DNA of 57,119 nucleotides from a virus (taxonomy: Duplodnaviria > Caudoviricetes), in IMG/VR virus record IMGVR_UViG_3300046025_000059, positions 1 to 57,119 of that record, one strand, 5' to 3'. A program made the position numbers and the translations under genes. The notes beneath the pieces are model-generated. The model did not search any database and was not told the DNA's origin. It saw only the letters and a program-made list of their open reading frames with translations. Below, one piece after another: positions 8,570 through 17,044 of the stretch; position 1 is the first letter of the stretch, and every line of letters starts with the position of its first letter.

Positions 8570-9346
8570 ATGGCGTGGCCGTCCTTCGACACGCCTCAAC
8601 AACGGGTCATCGCTGAACCGATAGATCCGCAACCTGCCGCCGTGCTCAAATACGAATGCCCGGCCGACGGCTGTACCACCCGATCGGGTACCGAACGCGG
8701 CTGTCGGCTACACCTCTCGCGGGGTCACGGGAGCGATCGCAACAGGGCAACACTCGCCTGCCAGCAGTGTGGCGATACGTTCACCGTGAAACGGTCACGG
8801 GCCGACACGGCAGCGTACTGTTCGAACGAGTGCCGATGTCGCGCCGGGTGTGCTCCTGCCGAGCCGGAGATCGTCGCACCACCGCCAGAACCAGAACCAG
8901 TCGCCGAGGTTCAGTACGCCTGCCCAATCGACGGCTGTGAGTTCCACGGGCCGACGATCGGCGGTGTTCGGCGGCACGCGACGGACCTTCACGACGGCGC
9001 TGGACAGGCGACGCTCGAATGTCTCCGGTGTGGCGACGCGTTCACCCGGAAGGCATCACACGCCGATGAAGCGCGCTACTGCTCCCATGAGTGTAAAGAC
9101 GCCGCCCGCGAGCGCCGCGTCGAACGCACCTGTGAGTGGTGCAACACCGAGTTCGAGACGTTCGAGTGCCATGCCGACGCCCGGTTTTGTAGCCTGTCCT
9201 GCCGCCGTGAAGCAGACGGGACAGTACTCGGTCCTAGCCAGCCTGTCCCAGACTTGTCGGTGGTCCGGCCAGCAGAGGTCGGTCTCTCACCACTTGGCAG
9301 TGCAACGATCCCCAGCAATATCCCACACAAACCACACTCACAATGA
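8570..9346 (+). CDS. Tandem Zn-finger protein (C2H2 plus CxxC-YCS repeats)
   Basis: Two CP.DGC...H...H fingers and three CxxC..F...[YF]CSxxC units; no HNH domain visible. Confidence 0.75.
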   Translation: MAWPSFDTPQQRVIAEPIDPQPAAVLKYECPADGCTTRSGTERGCRLHLSRGHGSDRNRATLACQQCGDTFTVKRSRADTAAYCSNECRCRAGCAPAEPEIVAPPPEPEPVAEVQYACPIDGCEFHGPTIGGVRRHATDLHDGAGQATLECLRCGDAFTRKASHADEARYCSHECKDAARERRVERTCEWCNTEFETFECHADARFCSLSCRREADGTVLGPSQPVPDLSVVRPAEVGLSPLGSATIPSNIPHKPHSQ

Positions 9347-10074
9347 CAGACCAACCCACTGACGATAGCGGACGAGTTGAAACGTTTGCCAACACATATC
9401 TCGCTGCGATCCGGTGTGCAGAGTCTGTGCAGGCGGGCATCGAAGCCGCGAACGCATACCTCCAGCGGCGGTTCGCAGCCTCGGTCACCGGCGACACCAT
9501 CCAGCCGACCACGGAAGCTGGCGAAGAACTTCATGCGCTCAATCTCGGGTTCGATACCGAGTACGATTCCCATCTCATCGGGCAGGGCTTGGAGAAAGTC
9601 GTGAACAAACTCTACGGAGAGACGGGGTCGTACTACACACCCGAGGAGATGGTTGCGTTCATGGTCGAGCGGACAGTACACCTGAAGATTCTCGACGAGA
9701 TTGGCGCGTCGGATGCCGACACCGTTGACGAGTGGCTGCAAACGGCATCGGACGCAGCGATCGCCAACGCGCTCGAATCGATCCGCGACCTGTCGGTCTG
9801 CGACCCAGCCTGTGGGAGCGGGCACTTTCTCATCGGTGCACTCGATGAGCTCGTCCGAATACAACTGGCCTGCCACCACCGACTCGGCAACGACGTGCAG
9901 GACTGGCGGATTGCGAAACGGACGGCAGAACGGAACATCTACGGCGTCGATCTCGTCGGCGAGGCGGTCGCAATGTCGAAGCTCCGAGTGCGGTTGTACG
10001 TCCTCAGGCGACTCCCTGAACACCTGGCAGCCCAGTACGCCACACCCGATACTCGTGAGGTCGTCGTCGCATGA
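9343..10074 (+). CDS. Truncated N6-adenine MTase (type IIG/Eco57I-like SAM-binding half)
   Basis: GSYYTPE, VCDPACGSGHFL, NIYGVDL present; stops before any NPPY catalytic motif. Confidence 0.75.
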   Translation: MTDQPTDDSGRVETFANTYLAAIRCAESVQAGIEAANAYLQRRFAASVTGDTIQPTTEAGEELHALNLGFDTEYDSHLIGQGLEKVVNKLYGETGSYYTPEEMVAFMVERTVHLKILDEIGASDADTVDEWLQTASDAAIANALESIRDLSVCDPACGSGHFLIGALDELVRIQLACHHRLGNDVQDWRIAKRTAERNIYGVDLVGEAVAMSKLRVRLYVLRRLPEHLAAQYATPDTREVVVA

Positions 10075-10424
10075 GTGTCCCTTGGCCGTCCGAAGGGCCG
10101 CGAAAAGCGAACGGTGTAGCCGACCATTACGAGTACTTGCCCGACCGGAGCGACATTTCCGCAGGTGTACATCGGTGTACGATCTGTGGCGACCTAATCC
10201 ACACCACAAAGCGCGTCCGCGAGCATGGGTGTACCCCCGAGATGACCTGTCCGGTCTGTGGTGAAGCCGTGCGACCGCACTGGACGCCAGGACTGACTGA
10301 TCCCCCAGTCAACGTCTGCGAAACCTGTGGCTATCAGTTTACAAACACCACATCAGCAAATAGCGAAGACCCGCGTTCAGTACGTGCGGGAGCCGACCAG
10401 ATGGAGGCGGATCGGGATGTCTGA
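10071..10424 (+). CDS. Zn-finger protein
   Basis: CTIC..H.C, CPVC..CETC; ends RSVRAGADQ boundary motif. Confidence 0.7.
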   Translation: MSVPWPSEGPRKANGVADHYEYLPDRSDISAGVHRCTICGDLIHTTKRVREHGCTPEMTCPVCGEAVRPHWTPGLTDPPVNVCETCGYQFTNTTSANSEDPRSVRAGADQMEADRDV

Positions 10425-10456
10425 GGACGGTACCGAACGATTCACCCCAGTTGTCG

Positions 10457-10505
10457 GGTACAGGCTGTACCGATACCTTTATGGTGTAGGGGGTACAAGT
10501 TGTGC
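10457..10505 (+). promoter_or_regulatory. Putative promoter with flanking palindromic operators
   Basis: GGTACAG-G-CTGTACC (10457-10471), TTTATG (10478-10483), GTACAAGTTGTGC (10493-10505), upstream of ATG 10524. Confidence 0.6.
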
Positions 10506-10523
10506 ATGTAGGAGGAAGACACA

Positions 10524-10871
10524 ATGTCCGACATCACCCACCTCGTTGACGAACCGACCGTGGTCGAATCTGATGGTAGCGTCGAAGTCGACCGCTGGCA
10601 GAAATACGGCCACGACCGCCTCTACCTGGATGTCGGGACGGGTCATGCAATCCCCCGCGCGGCAGATTCGTACATCAACCTGCAGGAAGGCGAGGTCGTC
10701 GTTGACATGCCCGACCACATCAGCCGGTCGCCCGATGTCCGCCTGGATGTCGACAGCGACGGCGTCGCCACGGTCACGAAGCACTGGGGCGACGACAACA
10801 GCAAAGCCATCTTGGTTATCGACCTATTCGGAAATGGTCGGGAGGTCGCTGCGCCGGAGGTTGGGGCCTAA
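10524..10871 (+). CDS. Hypothetical protein, paralog of N-terminal domain of 34483..35598
   Basis: RWQKYGHDRLYL / ATVTKHW / VIDLF vs RWTKYGKDRVYL / ATITKHW / VVDLF. Confidence 0.8.
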   Translation: MSDITHLVDEPTVVESDGSVEVDRWQKYGHDRLYLDVGTGHAIPRAADSYINLQEGEVVVDMPDHISRSPDVRLDVDSDGVATVTKHWGDDNSKAILVIDLFGNGREVAAPEVGA

Positions 10872-10873
10872 CG

Positions 10874-11191
10874 ATGGCCGAGTACGTTTGCCCCTTCTGC
10901 GGAGACACGAACGCCGAGTCGTCGGACTCGGAGGAACTAGACCTTATGATGGAGTGCCCGCGCTGTGGTGGCACGCATCTGCATCGGCGGTATCCAGACG
11001 CGCTCGACGAACTCTCCGCGCAAGACTTGGCCGAACTCATCGACGACGGACTCACATGGCCCGAGGCGGGCGACTACCTGATGACCGAAGTCGGCCCCTT
11101 CTCGCAGAATCGCTGGGCGGTTCGCCGAGACGTCAATCAACAGTCGATCAGCGAGAACGTCGCCAAGGCCCGCGACAAGATCGACGAGTAG
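10874..11191 (+). CDS. Zn-ribbon plus HTH regulator
   Basis: CPFC..CPRC then SQNRWAVRRDVNQQSISENVAKAR (HTH-like); paralog of C-terminus of 34483..35598. Confidence 0.8.
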   Translation: MAEYVCPFCGDTNAESSDSEELDLMMECPRCGGTHLHRRYPDALDELSAQDLAELIDDGLTWPEAGDYLMTEVGPFSQNRWAVRRDVNQQSISENVAKARDKIDE

Positions 11192-11260
11192 ACTTTCGTT
11201 CACTCCGTCGGACGCGAAACGACCGTTCAGTAGACACGGGCACTGACTATCCGAGGGGTG

Positions 11261-11494
11261 ATGGCGGTGAGTCACACTGACGAGACGTACCTGGATGCAG
11301 TCGGTCGCCTGCACACCACCGGGACGACCGACACCTGTGGCGGCGTCACGGCAAAGGCGGTGGCGACCGACCTGAACGTCCCGGCGTCGACGGCCCGCGG
11401 ACGACTCCGCAGTCTCGCGGCGGACGGCCAGTTAAACGAACAGTGGTGTCCGTTCCCCCGCCAGCACCGGAGTTACCGCCCCGTGTCGATCTGA
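11261..11494 (+). CDS. Winged HTH protein
   Basis: VTAKAVATDLNVPASTARGRLRSLAADGQL; start 11261 or GTG 11267. Confidence 0.7.
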   Translation: MAVSHTDETYLDAVGRLHTTGTTDTCGGVTAKAVATDLNVPASTARGRLRSLAADGQLNEQWCPFPRQHRSYRPVSI

Positions 11495-11782
11495 TTCATT
11501 TCCACGCGGTTCCCGTTGTGCAAGAAAGTCGCGCAGACAGAACGTATTTGGGGCGTTGGGGTTGTATGTTGTGGCAAGCCCGACGGCGAGTGGTCCCGTG
11601 CGTCGGCCCTCTATGTACATGCCACGCGTTAAGAGCGCGTGGCCGGATAGCATGTCGTGTCTCCTGTGCCTCACCACGGTGAGACGTGCCGCCGTACACC
11701 TCGTCAGGGCGAACAGTCCACACACCTCACCTATCCACGTCTACAGCGCCCGTGCCAGTCCGCGCGCAGTCCAGTACCACCT

Positions 11783-12448
11783 ATGTCCACCACAGCCACC
11801 CACAGTCAGCCATGCTACGACTGCAATCGCTGCGAGGTGAAGTACCGCCCGCAAGACGAGTACCGTGCCGGGTTCTGTTCGAGCGCCTGCTACGGAGCGT
11901 CCCTCTCAACCGGGATTCTGGACACGCTCGAACACGACCATCGCTACTGCTTGAACTGTTTTCGCAAACTCAAGACCGTCTACCCGCCGGGGCGCAGCCT
12001 GCGCTCGTCGGAAGTCTACGCCGACTCGCCCGACGACAACGGGGCGACCATGACCGACATCCCCGATTTTGTCATCGGGCGGGCCTATCCCCGCCCAGAG
12101 ACACAGGACGCCCACGAGGCGGAAGTGCTACGCCCACGTGATCCGGTCGCCGGTGACTGGACGCATGAACCGGTTGATGGCGTCGCCCGGTCACGCGCCG
12201 TCTGCGAGTGTGGCGTGATGCACCACCGCAGTCGGTTCCCCGCCATCCGCGCCCGGCGGCTCACCGAGTATGCCTCACACCTCTCGACGGCCGTTCGCAA
12301 GCTCTTGCACGAGGATGAACACGACCACACGCACGACCCGGCTGTCCTCGAACAGGAACTGGCCGACGCCTACCTAGATCTTAACGCCGAGTGGCAACGC
12401 CGCCAGATCGCCCGCGCGCTTGGGCAAGCCATCCTCGCGACCGAGTGA
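11783..12448 (+). CDS. Hypothetical Zn-binding protein
   Basis: CNRC..FCSSAC, HDHRYCLNC, CECG motifs. Confidence 0.7.
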   Translation: MSTTATHSQPCYDCNRCEVKYRPQDEYRAGFCSSACYGASLSTGILDTLEHDHRYCLNCFRKLKTVYPPGRSLRSSEVYADSPDDNGATMTDIPDFVIGRAYPRPETQDAHEAEVLRPRDPVAGDWTHEPVDGVARSRAVCECGVMHHRSRFPAIRARRLTEYASHLSTAVRKLLHEDEHDHTHDPAVLEQELADAYLDLNAEWQRRQIARALGQAILATE

Positions 12449-12453
12449 TTCCG

Positions 12454-12723
12454 ATGCCTGCACGTGCTGACAGCGCCGACGCCCTCACCGACACCGACAC
12501 CCACACCGACGCTGAGACGCCGGCCCCGCACGCCCTGGACCCGTGGCCGCGCGAGGACACGCTGGTCGAATTTGAGTGGGCCACCCGGACCCACGTCGGC
12601 TGGGTGGTCGACCACGAGTGGCGACCGTCGTTCAACGCGACCGACGAGCGCTACGTCTACGTCGACCCGCTGGGCGACGGCACGACCCGGAAGGTCGCCC
12701 CCGACGACATCACGGTGCTGTAA
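12454..12723 (+). CDS. Hypothetical small beta-rich protein
   Basis: Acidic ORF directly after upstream stop. Confidence 0.65.
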   Translation: MPARADSADALTDTDTHTDAETPAPHALDPWPREDTLVEFEWATRTHVGWVVDHEWRPSFNATDERYVYVDPLGDGTTRKVAPDDITVL

Positions 12724-12762
12724 GCCCAGCGCTGCGCCATCGCGTCGCGGGCTGTTGCGGCA

Positions 12763-12839
12763 GGGACTGTAGCCAAGCCCGGCACGGCAGCCGCCTCCAG
12801 AGCGGCCAATTTCGGGGGTTCAAATCCCCCCCGGTCCCA
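12763..12839 (+). tRNA. trnW: tRNA-Trp(CCA), intronless, slightly atypical
   Basis: Acceptor GGGACTG/CGGTCCC+A; D region TAGCCAAGCCCGGCACGGC; anticodon arm GCCGC-CTCCAGA-GCGGC; T arm GGGGG-TTCAAAT-CCCCC; one extra C and a 7-nt variable region. Confidence 0.85.
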
Positions 12840-13198
12840 CTTAGTCGGTCACTGGCCGGCAAGGCGGCGGGTTCTGTCTCTCTCTCTGTGCATTGCACAC
12901 CCCGCCGTCGTTTCCCCATGCCAGCGCGCATGTCGCCAGCGGTCACGTCCGATGGCCGGGCGCTGACTCACACGCGGCTTCGCGCCGCACGGTCATGGCT
13001 GGCTGTCACGACCACCTCTCTTGATCACCACTCGCACTCGCATCTCTGCGCGCCGCTGTTCTCCCCCGGACTGGGCCACTCCCGCTGCGCTGCGCGCTCT
13101 CCCCCAGCATTCACCTGATCACGCCTGTGCGCTCCCTTCCGGCCACCGCGGTGAGGCTATCCGTTGCCGACCTGCCACACGGCCAGCAGCACCTTGCT

Positions 13199-13265
13199 GC
13201 CAGCCGCTTCGGCATCGCCGCCTCGCCGCCTGACCGCTGTGCGGGTGCAAGTCCCGCCGCTGGCA
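13199..13265 (+). pseudogene. Degenerate tRNA-like element
   Basis: GCCAGC/GCTGGC+A acceptor-like stem and GCGGG-TGCAAGT-CCCGC T-arm; no clear D or anticodon arms. Confidence 0.45.
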
Positions 13266-13282
13266 CTCCCCCTCTCGTCACC

Positions 13283-13325
13283 TTCCCCCGCTAAAGCGGG
13301 GGGTTTCCACCTCGAAATCAAGATG
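13283..13325 (-). repeat. IS200/IS605 end-like hairpin remnant
   Basis: cccccgct-aa-agcggggg followed by tttccacctcgaaatcaagatg; tccacctcgaa shared with 27731. Confidence 0.6.
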
Positions 13326-13367
13326 ATCAACTCTGACCCCCTGCTGTCGTTTCCCTATCCCCGACGC

Positions 13368-13718
13368 ATGTTCGATCACGACTGGCTAGACCCGTCTGCA
13401 CTCTCCACGTGGCGTCAGCGGCCGCTCGAAGCGTTGAAATGCTATCTTGTGGCCGGCGCACTGTCATTGTACCCACACGAGTACAACGCAAACACCCGCA
13501 AGATCGTCACGATCATCGTCTTTATCGGCTGGCTGGTCTTCGAAGGGCTGCACGCGATGGACGTAGCGACGTCGACCGGTCTATTTCCCTATTTCCGTTA
13601 TCTCGTCTTGTTCGTCTGGGCACAGATGTGGGGCATCGAACTCGCCAACATGCAAGCGTTCGGCGTCGGCGAGTTCACCAGCAGCCAGCAGCCTGACGAG
13701 CGCGACACGGAGGACTGA
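13368..13718 (+). CDS. Small membrane protein (holin candidate)
   Basis: Two to three hydrophobic segments and an acidic tail; alternative start 13323. Confidence 0.6.
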   Translation: MFDHDWLDPSALSTWRQRPLEALKCYLVAGALSLYPHEYNANTRKIVTIIVFIGWLVFEGLHAMDVATSTGLFPYFRYLVLFVWAQMWGIELANMQAFGVGEFTSSQQPDERDTED

Positions 13719-13725
13719 CCGCGTG

Positions 13726-13986
13726 ATGCCCCTCACCACCGCCGGCGAAGAGACCACTGCTCGCGATGGGCTTCTCTCACACGCTGTCGAAGTCCACGCC
13801 CTGCTCATCGGCGCACTCGTCGGCTATGCCGATGCCCGCAACCGCCCGCTGGTGGCGTGGCTTGCGCTCGTGACCGCCCGCTCCGCGAAAGGTCGTGCCG
13901 AGATCCGCGCCGAACCGTGGTACGCCATCGGCGGCTACCTCGGCGGCCGCCTCACCGCCCGCCACATTCACCATCTGCGCTCGTGA
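13726..13986 (+). CDS. Small membrane protein
   Basis: Hydrophobic segments; EIRAEPWYAIGG. Confidence 0.65.
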   Translation: MPLTTAGEETTARDGLLSHAVEVHALLIGALVGYADARNRPLVAWLALVTARSAKGRAEIRAEPWYAIGGYLGGRLTARHIHHLRS

Positions 13987-14018
13987 ACTACCCTGCCCTA
14001 CTCCCACGTCTATTGACC

Positions 14019-14189
14019 ATGCCGGCCGCCCATCCCGCATCATGGCCACGTGATCCCACGTATCGGTCGGTTGACGCCACGCACGCCCACCGAGACGATG
14101 GCACTACCATCGTCTCACATCCGGATAACAGCGATTCGTGGCTGTTAGTACCCGCGAGCCTGTGTTACCCCCGTCACCAGTGGTGTTGA
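14019..14189 (+). CDS. Small hypothetical protein
   Basis: 56 aa; TIVSHPDNSDSWL resembles ILLNDKNTEQWL of 15750..15923. Confidence 0.5.
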   Translation: MPAAHPASWPRDPTYRSVDATHAHRDDGTTIVSHPDNSDSWLLVPASLCYPRHQWC

Positions 14190-14255
14190 CCACTCCCCAG
14201 CGCCGCCCACGGCATCCTGACTCCCGCCCCCGCCGGCGCTCTTGGTACTGTGTCC

Positions 14256-15722
14256 ATGTCTGGCCCGTCCCCCTCTGATCTCTCCGAGCGTGAACGCGAC
14301 GTCGTCGGACTGTTGCCCGCGACCAAGCATGACGTCGCCGAGACGCTGGACATCTCACCGTCGACTGCCGCCGACCACCTGCACGCCCTCAAGGTCGCCG
14401 GCGTCGCTGATTGGGAGCGCGACGGCGACCATTACGAGTGGTTTCCCATCGGCGACATTGACGTCAACGCCATTCCCGGCGAGAGTACCACTGCCGACGG
14501 CGACGATGGGCCGGACCCGGGCGCCCTGAACGACCGCGAGAAGTACATCGTCCGCCAGCTACAACAGGGCGTCGCGCTCGACACACTCGCTGACGATCTC
14601 GACGAGCGCGAACAGATCGTCCAGACGTACCTGAGCGACCTGCGCGAGCGGGGCTGGCGCATCTACCACGACGAGGACGCCGGCCTCTACGAGATCGAAG
14701 GCGACCACACGCTGCGCAGTTCTGAGCATATCGGTACGCGGACCCGGAAGGCAAACCGCTGGTGGGAACTCAGCCACAACGCACTCGAACGCCAGTGGAA
14801 ACGCCTCGAACCGACCGAGGTGGCACTGCCCGCCGCCCCCGGCAACGAAGACTGGGTCACGCACATATCAGACCTGCACGCCGGCGACGTCGTGCGCGAC
14901 TATGCCGGCGACATCGTCTACCAAACCGACGAGATCCCAGCCGTCGTCGAGTACATCACCTCACAGTCCCTCTCACTGGCCCAGAAACACAACGCCGACT
15001 ACGACACCGCCCACCTGCTGTACGGCGGCGACATGGTGACGAACGAAGCCATCTATCAGGGCCAGTTCGAGGATCTCGACGCGTGGCTCGACGAACAGGC
15101 CGATGTCGTCCAAGACGCGCTGCTCGAACAGATCATCACGTTCGCCGCCCACTTTGAGGTCGTCAACGTCGTCTGCCAGATCGGCAACCACGGCGTCAAC
15201 CGCGCCAACGGCACGTCCAAGCACAACAACGCCGACCTGCTGGTCTACAAAGCGCTGCGGAACTTCATCACCAAAAGCCAGGACCACTGGGACCGCCTGC
15301 AGAACGTCCGCATCAAGATCGGCGAAGCCCGCCCCTACACGCCAGTCGAACTGCGGGGCGGCGGCCTCCACGGCCACCTGCGCCACGGCCAGGACCGCAA
15401 GCCCCAGGCCGAGACGAGCGCCCGCCTCAAAGAGTGGCTGTCAACCCTGCTCGACACCATCAACAGTTCGTGGGGCGCATTCGACATCGCGTGGATGGGC
15501 CACCATCACGTCAGCGGCAACATCCCGTGGAACGGCCCGCCGATCATCGTCTCCGGCTCCCCCAAACCCAGCGATGACTACGTCGAACAACTCGGCGTGA
15601 AAGGCGCGACCACCACCCCCCGCGAGATCGCCCACTGTCACGGCGTCTCCGACGACGGCATCACGTCAATCTGGCCCATCGACACACGCCACTACGACCG
15701 GCAAACACTCTCCCTCTCTTAG
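14256..15722 (+). CDS. Double-HTH calcineurin-like metallophosphoesterase
   Basis: Two N-terminal HTH repeats; SDLHAG, GGDMV, IGNHG, RHG, MGHHH motifs. Confidence 0.88.
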   Translation: MSGPSPSDLSERERDVVGLLPATKHDVAETLDISPSTAADHLHALKVAGVADWERDGDHYEWFPIGDIDVNAIPGESTTADGDDGPDPGALNDREKYIVRQLQQGVALDTLADDLDEREQIVQTYLSDLRERGWRIYHDEDAGLYEIEGDHTLRSSEHIGTRTRKANRWWELSHNALERQWKRLEPTEVALPAAPGNEDWVTHISDLHAGDVVRDYAGDIVYQTDEIPAVVEYITSQSLSLAQKHNADYDTAHLLYGGDMVTNEAIYQGQFEDLDAWLDEQADVVQDALLEQIITFAAHFEVVNVVCQIGNHGVNRANGTSKHNNADLLVYKALRNFITKSQDHWDRLQNVRIKIGEARPYTPVELRGGGLHGHLRHGQDRKPQAETSARLKEWLSTLLDTINSSWGAFDIAWMGHHHVSGNIPWNGPPIIVSGSPKPSDDYVEQLGVKGATTTPREIAHCHGVSDDGITSIWPIDTRHYDRQTLSLS

Positions 15723-15749
15723 CTGTAATTGAGTTCGCACTCCTGACTC

Positions 15750-15923
15750 ATGAGCGCCAGCGAGTTCCCCGACCGCGTCGGCAACCAGTTTCCTAAGACT
15801 GACGCTGACGACCCGCACTGCCGCCCCATCGTGTTTGACAACGCGCTGATCCTACTCAACGACAAGAACACCGAACAGTGGCTGGCCTGCCAAGACGCCC
15901 CGCTCGCACGCAACTGGCGATGA
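15750..15923 (+). CDS. Small hypothetical protein (not in ORF track)
   Basis: 57-aa ORF MSASEFPDR...NWR read manually; similar to 14019..14189. Confidence 0.5.
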   Translation: MSASEFPDRVGNQFPKTDADDPHCRPIVFDNALILLNDKNTEQWLACQDAPLARNWR

Positions 15924-15951
15924 CCTCGCTCCCGAGAACACGACCACACCC

Positions 15952-16122
15952 ATGCTCCCCGGCCTGACCGAAACCCCGCCCGAGATTGCACTGCTCCTTG
16001 GCTTCTTCATGGCTCTCTCGCTGCGACAGGGCCGCCTCGCCGCCGCACTCAACAAGATCATGCCCAGTGACGACTCGCGCCCACTCCGGCCGTCCACCAC
16101 CGACGACGAGCGCGACGACTGA
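15952..16122 (+). CDS. Small single-TM protein (not in ORF track)
   Basis: MLPGLTETPPEIALLLGFFMALSLRQGRL...DDERDD, 56 aa. Confidence 0.5.
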   Translation: MLPGLTETPPEIALLLGFFMALSLRQGRLAAALNKIMPSDDSRPLRPSTTDDERDD

Positions 16123-16243
16123 CTGAGTCGCCCGGTCATTGCTACGGCACTGCGGTGCTGTGTGGTGTCCGGGCGGTGATAGGTTGGCCTTGTCTCCCCC
16201 GGCCTGAGCGAGCGTCTCTTTGGTCACAGAAACAACACACCTC

Positions 16244-17041
16244 ATGGCAAACGACGCGTGCCCGGTCTGTGGCAACCCCGTGGGCGACACGCCCGTGCGC
16301 CGCGCCGGGACAGATGTCGTGTGCTGTTCGAGCGAGTGTAACCAAGCGTACTGGAACAGCGACACCACCGACGACATGGCCGACGGCGACCGGAACTACC
16401 AGAACGAGTGTGGCGACCATGGTGGTCGCAACTCGGCTGGGGACCCCTGCGGGCGGCCGGCTGGCTGGGGCACCGAGTTCGACGACGGGAAGTGCAAGCA
16501 CCACCGTGGGACGTCGGCAGACGGCGAGAGCCACGCCGGCAACGGCAACGCTGTCGGCAACGACGGCGGCGCCCCCGAGGGCAACCGGAACGCCGCCACG
16601 CACGATCTGTACACCGACGAACACGCGTTCTACAACGAGGTGGCGGGCGACGACCTGCGCGCGCTGGCTGACAAGATCCAGGCCGACTGGATAGAGCGCT
16701 ACCGAGAGCGCCACGGCGACCCGACGGCGGGTGAGGAAACGGAACTGTTCTTGTGTGCCGTGACCGTCGCCAAGGAACTACATGGTGAGTCGTGGGCGAT
16801 CCAGAAACCCGAGACGATGACCGCCGACAACGCGCTGGTCGACCGCGAGCGCCATATCAGCGACTCGGGCCAAGAGTACTATCAGTACGAACCGACGGTG
16901 GTTCAGCAGGCCATCAACCAACTCTCGCGCCGGCGGCGGCAGTGGCTCAAGGACCTGAAGCTGCTGCCCGACAACGACACGGCCGACGAAGTCGAAATCA
17001 CCGGCCTCGGCAGCGCACTCAAAGACCTGGCCGACGAGTAA
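16244..17041 (+). CDS. terS: Terminase small subunit
   Basis: GGAPEGNRNAATHDLY signature, CKHHRGTS, position upstream of TerL. Confidence 0.85.
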   Translation: MANDACPVCGNPVGDTPVRRAGTDVVCCSSECNQAYWNSDTTDDMADGDRNYQNECGDHGGRNSAGDPCGRPAGWGTEFDDGKCKHHRGTSADGESHAGNGNAVGNDGGAPEGNRNAATHDLYTDEHAFYNEVAGDDLRALADKIQADWIERYRERHGDPTAGEETELFLCAVTVAKELHGESWAIQKPETMTADNALVDRERHISDSGQEYYQYEPTVVQQAINQLSRRRRQWLKDLKLLPDNDTADEVEITGLGSALKDLADE

Positions 17042-17044
17042 CGC

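Noticed and set aside
8570-9346. HNH homing endonuclease
   Set aside because: Has the Zn-finger repeats often attached to HNH domains but no HNH catalytic motif.
10327-11280. 317-aa ORF containing both MSEDGTER and RSVDTGTDY
   Set aside because: Arg/Ser-rich alternate frame over two well-supported acidic genes, so probably not a real protein. It is still notable that L and R stay in frame across the cassette.
11495-11782. Replication origin or packaging site in the early/late gap
   Set aside because: Non-coding with small hairpins, but no iterons or clear AT-rich unwinding element. Function cannot be supported.
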